Under the pieces are notes generated by a model. That model had not been told where the DNA came from. It ran no database searches and saw only the letters and a list, made by a program, of their open reading frames with translations. 64,000 bases of DNA from a virus: positions 1 to 64,000 of IMG/VR virus record IMGVR_UViG_3300029505_000004, one strand, 5' to 3'. This document shows positions 37,946 through 48,000 of this stretch, one piece after another; the first letter of the stretch is position 1; each line of letters begins with the position of its first letter. A program made the translations under genes and the position numbers.

Positions 37946-39019
37946 AATCAGCAGTTGAACTGCTGTATTTTTATAAGTTTAACCGAGGTCATTTAGACCT
38001 CAAAAAAGTTGTAAATAGTTGAAAATTAAGGGATAAAATACTTGCAAAAGTCCTTGAAAATCAGTAACTTAAAGTAAAAAACACCCCTATTTTTTGCTTG
38101 TTATGATTCCCAAGGACAAAGCTCTAAGACTTATAAGAACCTATATGTATATCTGCAATATGTACGAACAAAGTCTCAAATACCATTGCCAAAGATACAG
38201 CAATAATTCGAAACCGTTGTTCTCCGACGAGGAAATTCTCACGATTTATTTCTTTGTCGGTCATGAGCAGAAGTACACCCTCATCAAGGATATTCACAAC
38301 TTCGCTAAAGAGTACCTACGCGACTGGTTCCCGAACCTGGTGTCCTATCAGACATTCAATTACCGTCTAAATAGGATGGCCGGTGCTGTTACGGAACTGT
38401 CCTCACAGTTGTTAAGCATGTTCAAGCCTTCTGACTGTCAGGAAGATACCGTCATTGTTGACTCGATGCCGATAATCACATGCTGCGGAAGGAACCGTAC
38501 AGGTAAGGTCGCCAGGGATATTGCCGACAAGGGATACTGTTCCACCAAGAACCTGTACTATCATGGAATAAAGCTTCACATGGTAGGCTATCGAAGGAAA
38601 GGACATCTCCCGCATCCATGCCAGATCGCACTGTCGCCAGCATCCGAGAATGACCTGAAGGTCTTCCAGAGCGAATGCATGCCGAATCTTTTTAACAAGA
38701 AGATCTTCGCTGACAAGATATACCGAAGCTGTGACTACTGGGAGCTGGAGAGACGCGATAAGGACAATGAGTTCTACGCTCCCGTCAAGTCCATCAAAGG
38801 GGCTTCCGAGGAAGAAAAGCAGAGAAGCAAGGCTGCAAATGACCTTTATTCTCAAGCCGTTTCTGCTGTTAGGGAACCCATTGAGGCACTCTTCAGTTGG
38901 CTGAACGAAAAAACAAATATTCAAAGAGCTTCAAAGTGCCGCTCTACTTGCGGACTGCTAATTCATACGATGGGAAAGGTTGCCATCGCATTTTTATACC
39001 TTATTTTCAACTACTGATT
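37946..39019 (+). mobile_element. IS982-family insertion sequence (~1074 bp) with an interrupted left inverted repeat
   Basis: Terminal IRs AATCAGCAGTTGAA (37946-37959) and the reverse complement of 39006-39019 AATCAGTAGTTGAA. An inner IR continuation at 38016-38038 matches 38991-39013 in about 21 of 23 positions. The transposase stop at 39015-39017 lies inside these ends. No target-site duplication seen. Confidence 0.75.
38103..39017 (+). CDS. IS982-family DDE transposase
   Basis: VIVDSMPIITC, KGYCSTKNLYYHGIKLH, ASENDL, ADKIY and REPIEALFSWLNE blocks match the IS982 transposase pattern; ATG at 38103. Confidence 0.75.
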   Translation: MIPKDKALRLIRTYMYICNMYEQSLKYHCQRYSNNSKPLFSDEEILTIYFFVGHEQKYTLIKDIHNFAKEYLRDWFPNLVSYQTFNYRLNRMAGAVTELSSQLLSMFKPSDCQEDTVIVDSMPIITCCGRNRTGKVARDIADKGYCSTKNLYYHGIKLHMVGYRRKGHLPHPCQIALSPASENDLKVFQSECMPNLFNKKIFADKIYRSCDYWELERRDKDNEFYAPVKSIKGASEEEKQRSKAANDLYSQAVSAVREPIEALFSWLNEKTNIQRASKCRSTCGLLIHTMGKVAIAFLYLIFNY

Positions 39020-42000
39020 CAAATTATTTACATTAGAGTATTGTTCCTTTCCCATCATTCCGCTATCATAAGCCTTACGCAATGTGGTTTTGGTTGCATC
39101 GTTGATCTTATTCCACAACTCTTTTACATCATATGTCTGTTCAAAGTCCTTGACGTAATTAAGCGCATCTTCTTGGAAGTTATCATGTTCTTCTCCGTCC
39201 ATACTGTTAAGAATGGCCTGTGTAGCTGAATAGTCATTTACACCTCCAATATAATCACTCAGTTCTTTCAGGTATTCATATCCTGAATATAACTTCCTCA
39301 GTCTTTCCTTTTCATCTTTAAAATCCTGAATTAATTGATCCGCATTGCCCTTTTTGTTTTTGATAACTTCATCAAGCCGTTCCCGGAATGTAAGTTCTAC
39401 GTTTCTTTCAATTCCGTGGGCCAACATCATATACCGTTCAATACCCTTTTGAGTAAGGCCGTACTTCTTCATCATCTTACCGGCTTCCTGAAGCATTGGC
39501 TGATAATGTTTCTTATAATACACTTCTGCTTCGGAAGTGTTTTTTGAACTTAACTGGTTTTCTGCCATGTATGCGTTCTCAAATGACTTTATAGGTTTAC
39601 CGGAAACTTTAGCAATTACTTCCTGAAGGTTTTTCAAAGCAAGCATACTGTCTTGATATGCTTCCTGTGCCTTATATTTCCATCCTTTCAAAGATTGCTC
39701 ATACATACCTATACTTCCGTCTGTATCTTCCCTAAAGTAGTTACCTACTCCCATCTGGTACTGCATGGCAACATCTTTGGCCAGATCAAGCGGTTTGTTT
39801 TTGTCTAGGTTCTGGCGGCTTCTCCAAAGGATATATTGAAGTTCATTATCACTTATTTTTATGTTAATGCCCATACGTCTCATAAGTGAATTGAATGCCT
39901 GTTTTATCCTTTGCCATACAGAAACGTCTACTCCGTTTTCAGCCATTCTTGCCATGTATTCCTCTGTGGCTATACGTGAATTATATCCATATCTGGGAAG
40001 AGTATCAATAATTTTCTTCCTTACTTCATCGGTAACATTGGCAAAAACATCATCAAGAAAATCATCCATACGATCTTCTCCTACAAGCTGTCTCAATCCG
40101 TAATGTGCAACACCTTCGTGAAGGATAGTCTGGTTCACATCTTCCATGCTGGTAGCGTTAGGAAGATATACATACACTTTGTTGTCTGACAAAGAATACC
40201 ATCCCTTTACTTTCCTTCCTTTTTCAATGGCAGATCTTACTGAGTTATCCTTTATCTGGTCAACAGAAGTTATAACCTCTACCGGAACATTCAACTTTTT
40301 AGATGTTTCTTCTACATCTTCCGATTTTATGTTGTTTAAGTCCTGATTTTCTTCCGAAACCCTAAAACGCACATCTTCGCTATTCTCCAGTTTTGCCTTC
40401 TTTGATACGGTTACTCCCATCTTACTTAACCGGTCAAGAACTTTAGACAGGTTATCGGAAGAAATATCCGCAACCATGTAATTACCCCTAGTTGTAAACT
40501 CTTTGTTGTCAGCAAGTGAACGTAACTTGTTGTCCTCAAAGAATTCTCCACCTTGTTTTTTGGATTTAGGAACCTTTAAAGCATATCCGGATCTCCAGCC
40601 GGTGTTTTTCTCCACAATGACACGTTTATCTTCACTGATAACAGTTTCACCCTGCTGTATCTGGATAAGTCTGCTGCTGATAGGAGCACTTGTTGTAAGA
40701 TTTTCCGGCTTGAAGCTATCAGACATCAGAATACCCTGTTTCGTATCACCTTCAATAGTAGAATATGAAACCAGATATCCTTTTACGTTTTCTGATTTTT
40801 TTGTATCAACTAGGGCCTGCAGAAGGTTACCTGTAACAATATAGGCCTTCTTTCTTGTCTGGGTAGGCACATAAGAATCCCAGGTATCAACATTAAGATC
40901 CTTCAGGTAAGTCGGCTGCATCATTGTGTTCATACGGATCGAATTGAAAGCTTTTTCCTGATTTAACGGTATTTCTACTTTCCTTCTTCCGTCAAGAGTG
41001 GCAAAAATGGCAGTAGAAGAACTCGGTGAATAGTCCTTACTGAACTTGTACCCCAAAAACATACCACGACTTGGCATAATTGTTACCAGTGTTTCGTCAA
41101 GATTGAATGGTATTACAAGAGGTTTCATAGGAGTAAACGAATTGATCTGCTTGCGAATGTTTTCCCTTCGGGCTTCAATTACGTTCTTCTGTTTTATGAA
41201 GCTTTCTTTCGATTTCTTCATAATATCCTCTACAACTACCTCGGACATTTTTTCAATTTCTTCGTCCGTAAACTCATTCTTTCCGTTTTTGCGGGCTTCT
41301 TTAGACTTTTCGATGTAGTTCTTCTTGGCTTTTTCAGAACGCTCTAACGCGCTTTGATCAAGCCTTTCTTTCAGAGTGGCAATTTTACCATCATACAATG
41401 AATTTATTTCCTTAACTCTATTGTCCAGCCATTCATTGAAAGGTTCTCCAGAAGTCATACGACTAACTGTTGACTTGATTTCTTCCGCTTTCATGGGCTT
41501 TTTAAGGACATCTACTTCTACTTCTTCCAGATAAGTGTTATCCGCAAAGGCATTACCGCTATTGGGATCCGTTCCCGGCTTCCATATCTTTTTGCTGATA
41601 GTTTTGGCCTTCAACGGCATAGTGGTAATTTCAAGATCGTTTTCTCCGGCGTCATTAAGAAGCTGGATCTTTACATTGTATGCGTCTGTGATATCCTTGA
41701 AAACTTCTTCCTGTTCTTTTACAGGCAGGAATGGAAGATATCTGGCTATTTTGGCCGCACACCCTTCTTTACCTGCGGTGTTGGTATCTCCTGACTGGGA
41801 TTCTTCTCCTTCGCTTGTGAGGATTTTAAGAGGATCACCCAGTTTTTCGGACAACTCCGGATGCTCAAGCATATACTGCCATGTCACATCGTCACCGTAC
41901 TTGTTGAGGTAATCAACAACTTCCATTTCGTTGAACTTGGATTTCTGAGAAGATGTAGTATTTGCATCAAGAGACTTAAGTTTTGCCTTGAACATCATCT

Positions 42001-45000
42001 GTAATCTTTGTTCTGCCGGGATAGACGACATGATATACTCATATTTTCCTCTGAACTTCTGGCCGGTTCTGTCTATACGTCCTCGCATCTGCACTTCATC
42101 ATTGATATCACTCTGGAACTGGGCAAACACCATGACGCGCTGACGCTGATCCTCAAACTTGGGTGAAGCATGAAGGGATATACCTGTACTACCAGACTTG
42201 TTTACCATAAGCACGTCAAGTTGTCCGTTGTTGAAATCACGTGCGGCAGACTTCTTATCACGGTCCTTACGGTTCTGTATGACATACTTTCCGTTTTCGT
42301 CCTGAACCATCTCAAGTGTTCTACCTGTGATTTCTCCAACCTTATATCCTGCCTTCTGGATCTTCATCTTAATTGCGTCCATAGGGCTTATAGGAAGGTC
42401 CGCGGAAAGGTTTTCAATCTTTTCCCTGATCTCGTAATACTTGTTTTGTCCGGCTTCCGGAAGGTCGTTCACAGTGAAGAACTTGTTTTCCTTTTCTCCC
42501 TTCAGGTTGGTTTCCGTATATCTCATAACTCCGTCAAGCGCACGCATAAGAGTTGCTGAGAAGTTTGGCACCTTATCCATAGGAGTGTCTTTAGGTGCTT
42601 CATCCAGAAATCCTTCCATCGTATTGGTGAAGGATATTACAGGCTTAAAACCATTCTTAAGGTTTTCAATAACCCTGTTGGCGACTGCATCTGCCTTAAG
42701 AGAGAAAAGCAACTGATTTACCAGATTATACATTTTGCTGGCAAATGGTGTATTGGTTACTCCCAGTTCTGCGGTACCCTGCTGGAGATCGGAATAACCG
42801 CCTTGTTCGGACAATTCTTCGGAAATGCCTTCGACAATAGGTGTAATGTAGTCTTTCTGGAACGCCCTGATATCACTGAATATTGAAGATACTTCATCGA
42901 ATTGTTTTCTCTGAACCGCATCTTCTTCTTCACTTACCGGCATCCAGTCAATAGTTACACCTTGAAAACTTCTTTCTCTTCGGATCATCTGTCCGGATTG
43001 AACAAGCTGTTTGGACATGATCTCCTGCAATGTAACACCACCTTGAGATATTGCTTCGATCATATCCTGTGGTGATATGCCAGACTTGGAAAGGTCGGTT
43101 TTCATTGCATATATAGGCATGTTATCCGCACGTTTGGCGAATGTGGCAGACAGGAATGTTACTCCTTTTACCTTTGGCATGATATACTGCATGTACATGG
43201 ATCCACCGCCACTTCCACCGGCTGTATGACTTTCATCTAGGATCATAATGTTATCCTTTGACAAGGCTTGAATAACATCACGTCTTTCCTGACCGCTCTT
43301 GTCTGCTGCCGAAGGAGATTTCTTCTTATAACTCTTGTCTTTTTCAGCTATTCCATCTTCTTTTGGCTCATATTCTTTCGTTCCATTATTGATCTGGGAA
43401 TATGTAGTTATGACGTAATCATACTCTTCTGGAAGCTTTCCGTTCTTCATAATGTAGTCAAACACTCTTTTCTTCTCCTTGTCGGTAGGAAGTTTGTGTA
43501 CTACATTCCCGGACGCATCAGTAATAGCTGCGTTTTTTGGATCTGACGCGATGATAAACGGCCTTAAATCTCCGCTGCCTATATCTGCAAGGTCTCTGTA
43601 ATTATCAGAGAAAAGCGCGGGCTTCTGAGTGAAGTATATAGGGTTATAACCCTTCCTTACCGCATATCTGATTAAGGCTGCACCCTGACGGCCCTTTCCG
43701 ACACCGGTCATATCTCCGATAATGAATCCGTTTCCTTTATTCATCTGGTTTATAGCCAAAGAAACAGAATCAATCTGTTCAGCGGCCAGATAACTGAACA
43801 GTTCGTCTTTGCTTGAATATCCAAGCTGGTCAACCAAGAACTGGTCTACATCACCAATGTTAGCCAGAGAATCGGCAAGAACTTGTGCTTGATTTGCCGG
43901 AACAACTGACATAAGTGTACCGGACTGGCTTCTGTTGGGATATGGGACTTTTTCATCACTGAGGTTTACTGATAATCTGCTTCTGCCGGTGTTATCTCCT
44001 GAATCAGATCTGACAGATCCACCATTCCGGCTTCCTCCGGTACTTCCTCCGTTATCAGATCCTCGCTGCTCTTGAACAGGTTCAACGCTTCCTGCATTTG
44101 ATCTGTCCGCATTATCCAATTTGCCAGCATTTTCTTCTGCTGTGGATCGTTCAGCCTGCTCTGGTCCGGATGCGGTAGTATTACCGGTGCTTCCCATGTC
44201 ATTGTCAGATCCGACTTTTTTGTCTGGTCGTACGGATTTTCCCCGTTCTCCAGACTTTGGTCTATTGCTGACATTATTGTTTGCTCCACTTCCTTCTGTG
44301 TCAGTGGTCCGGGTTTCTCCTTCTGTACCGTTAAAGAGATCCCCCATTTGCTGTAATGAACGTATATCATCTTGAACTCGGTTATATAATTCTTCAAAGC
44401 TGTTTATCTGTTCCGCTCTTGCTTTGCTCTTAACCGGTGGAGCAATAAGTTTAAACGGACCAGTTTTTCTTCCGTTGATAAGGATAATACGAACGTCATA
44501 TTTAGTTCCGTTCCTCTTGTACATATCCCCGTTAAGGTTGATAACATCAACCACATTATAGTGTGAGTAAAGATACGCAAAAAGTTTCATATCTTTGCTC
44601 TGCATCGCACCATTATCTCGATAAGAAGTATTTCCACCGATAACAATAGCCGCCCTTCCGTTATCCTTCATGGATTCAAGCGCATTAATAGCCATCAAAC
44701 CTTCCAGAGAACTGATCTTGATCTGTCCGTCGTCGAATTCTTTTGCGGTTGTCGATCCAAATGGGGGATTTGTCAGAACTGCGTCAACAGATCCTTCAAA
44801 TGGTATCAGTGCATCCTGATTGGTTACCTGGGCATATCCCAGCGTACGAAGGTTTTCCAGTCTCCTTTCATCAATATCATTAACATGTACAGTATTGGCC
44901 GGGAAAGCTATTGTTAGTGCGCCATTCCCTGCTGAAGGTTCCAGAACGCTTTCAACCGTTTTGCCATCCTTGACAAACTTCCCCATTACATATCCGAAGG

Positions 45001-48000
45001 GAGTAGGCGTACTGTATTGCTGGCGTTCAAACCTTGTGCTGTCTCTTGCATTAAGAAGAGGTTGCATATTGTACATATCGACAATAGTGTCATATCCCTG
45101 CTTTTGTTTTGTTGCGTCTCCGTTAATGTAGGATTCAGCTATTAATCTTGTCTCGTTGGTCATTGCCAGTTCAACAAGTTCCTGCATATCTGTTGCTGAC
45201 ATGTCAGAAAGCATGTCATAACCCTTAAGGATATCTTTAACTTCCTTCATGGTTAGGGGATCTACCTGTTCATCATTTCTCTTAGCTATTGCCTTCTCTG
45301 CAATTTTAACGCCAATTATAGAAACGGCTTCTTTCTCCTGCTCGGCTTTTTTCTGGTATTCCTCAGAGTTGCCAAAGAGATCAGAAGGTGATTTTTTTAC
45401 ATCATTACTGGAAGTTGCCTTTTCTATTTCCTTCTCTTTAGCAACATTTTCTATCTGCTGCATTACATCAGGAACAGACTTATCGAAGTTGGTTACATCA
45501 AACTGACTGACTTCGCTGTCCGGGCTCATTCTTTCCGACAAGCCGTTTTCTATTGATTGCGGCATATATCTTGCGGAGCTATAAAATGACTTCAAGTAAG
45601 GCCTGATAACGTCTCCAAGATCATCTACCATTGCTTTGCAATAGTCTGCAAACTTGACTGCACCGCGTTCTATGTGGTACACAGCCATTTCTGCGCCAAT
45701 AGCAATAATTTCAGGATCAATACCGGCATTTAGCTGGCCCAACTTCTGTTTAAGTCTATTTTTAAGTTCCTGGTAACGTTCATCGGAAACAATGTTGTTA
45801 CTTTTTGCAGGTGTATCTTCTGCGTTAGTGGTTGTTTCCTTTTCGGAAACAGGCACTACACTCTTATACTCAGCAAAAGGTTTGGTTTTTCTGTGGGATG
45901 AATTAACCCACTTCTTAAACTCTTCTTTGGAAACACGTGTTATGTTTCCTAGTCCGGTCCAGTCTTTTGAGTAATTAGCCATGTATGCGCGTTTGGCCGC
46001 AAGGGCTGATTTAAACCCATACATAACCTTGTGTTCGTCAAATGTTCCATCAGGGTTTACCTGATCAATAACAAACACATCACCAGTTTCCGGGTTATCA
46101 GAAAGGAATACATCAATGTGATCACCATCTACGCCCTCGGTACCGTGGATATATCCATAGTCGTTGTTCATGGTAACAGACCATTCATTACCATCTGCGT
46201 CTTTTCCAGAACGTACAGATCCCTTCGGGTTTTCAATAGTTACATCGTACCCGTCAATCTTAACATGGCCTTTCTTGTAGTTACCGGCTTCCTTCTGTGC
46301 TTCAGTTGGATTTTGATCTACTTCCGCACGTGCAGCTTCGATATCGGTTTTTACTGTTCCTTCTGGTTCAGGTACCACGCTACCGCTTTTGCCATCAGTT
46401 TTAATTGCTGGCTCCGGTTGTTCTTCGACTTCTCCAGTTCTTCCTTCGTTATCACTTTCGCGTTCAGGCTGAACTGTATTGCCTTGTTCACTGTCTGTTT
46501 GTCCTTCAGTGCTTCCTGCACTTTCTGTTTCTGCTCTTCGTTCATAGTCGTTAATGATTTGCTCAAAGATAGTATTTAATTCTTCATCTGTTACGGATGA
46601 ATACAAGTTATTAAGTTCTTCTTCGATATAGTCTGAATATGCAATCCATTCAGGTACCGACATTCTGTTTTCAGAAGCTTCCCATTCAATAAGCTGGCGT
46701 TCCTGATCTTCTTCATATCCCGGAATGTTTTCTTCGATATCGGTTCCATGCATGTTTTTTGCGGCGTCCCACATCTTAGAAGGACTTCCATATTCTTGGA
46801 AAGCATTAATGATCATGTTGAACACGTCCTGATCAGTAACCATTCCCTGCAAGTTCTCCGGCATATCAGCATGGATCTGTTCTGCTGCGGCTTCTGGCGT
46901 TAAACCATCGGAAGATAATGCCCATACAAGCTTTTTCCTTTCTTCCGGTGAGTTGGAATAGCCCAGATGTGAAGAAAGGCCCTGTGCTCCTTCTGTGTCA
47001 GACAGAGAGAACGAAACGCGGCCTGTTGCTATTTCTCGCAAAACATGTTCCTGTGGAGTTATGGAAGGGCCTAGATCTGCATCTTCTTTGACATAACGAA
47101 CCTTTTTCCGCGGTTCCTTGCGTTCAAAGGCTCCTGCATCAATCTTCTTCTGAACTTCCTGCTGTGCAGCTTGCTGTTCTTCGGCTGTCATGGATGCAAG
47201 ACGTTGCTGGTTTTCTTTAGCCTTTTCTTCTGCCTGAGCAATAAGTCCGGTAGGCCTTTTTGCTTCAAGATCCGCTGCAACCTGATTCCAATAGGATATC
47301 TTGTCATTGATAGCTTTTTTTGCCTTCTTTGTCTCAATAATTCCCTGAATAGTGTTTCCGGAAGATTTTTTCTTTTCAACTTTTTTTAGTTCGTTATTAT
47401 AATACTCAATCATCTGCGTTACGGTGTCCTTCGCATCATCAACATTATCACTGATTTCCAGCAATGCGGCAGAAGTATCTGCAATCGGTGCGGCTTCAAA
47501 GTCTTGTTCACCTCTTTCGTTAAGAGGAATGCGAGACATGGCAGTCTGATTTTCCTGAACCGGTTGTTCAGAAGTTTCTTCCTGTACAGGCTGTTCAGCT
47601 ACAGAAGGCTGTGTTTCTTCTCCATTAGCTGGCTGTTGGCCGTTGATGGCATTTCTTATTTCTTCTTCGGACATCAGCTGTGACTGGGCTGGCGTTCCAT
47701 TTTCATCAAGAAGGTACACTTCATATCCGTCTGGAGTTACCCTGTTGACTTCATAATTGTTTCCACCCATTGTAAATCTGGTTTCTGGTCCTATGGGCTG
47801 TTGTTCTTGGGCCGGAATAGAATTAATCTGTGCTTCTTCGGCTTGCAAGACTTCTTCTTGCGCATCATTACCGGCACGCTGGATCATTTCTTCTGCCGGT
47901 GTATTATCTACAAGAGAACTGAACATAGATACAGGAGCCATTTTCACACGTCCATCTTCCGACATGTAGTATATGGTCTTATCAGATTGATTTTCATCAA

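Noticed and set aside
38016-39013. Shorter IS boundaries (998 bp) defined by the longer inner inverted repeat TAGTTGAAAAT(T)AAGG(G/T)ATAAAA. Under these boundaries the giant gene would natively end 8 codons later (FTTFLRSK) and be followed by an 82-nt intergenic region
   Set aside because: The transposase stop codon (39015-39017) would lie outside the element. The extra 6 bp AATCAG plus YAGTTGAA recur as an inverted repeat at 37946-37959. The outer boundaries also give an in-frame fusion. This remains the alternative to test.
37931-39030. Target-site duplication flanking the IS
   Set aside because: The flanks (...TTATTCC | IS | CAAATTA...) share no direct repeat longer than 1 bp at either candidate boundary, so no TSD can be claimed.
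39980-40140. Possible zincin metallopeptidase motif in the C-terminal region of the giant protein (TILHEGVAHYG)
   Set aside because: The spacing is H-E-x-x-x-H, not the canonical HExxH. I cannot support a protease call from sequence alone.
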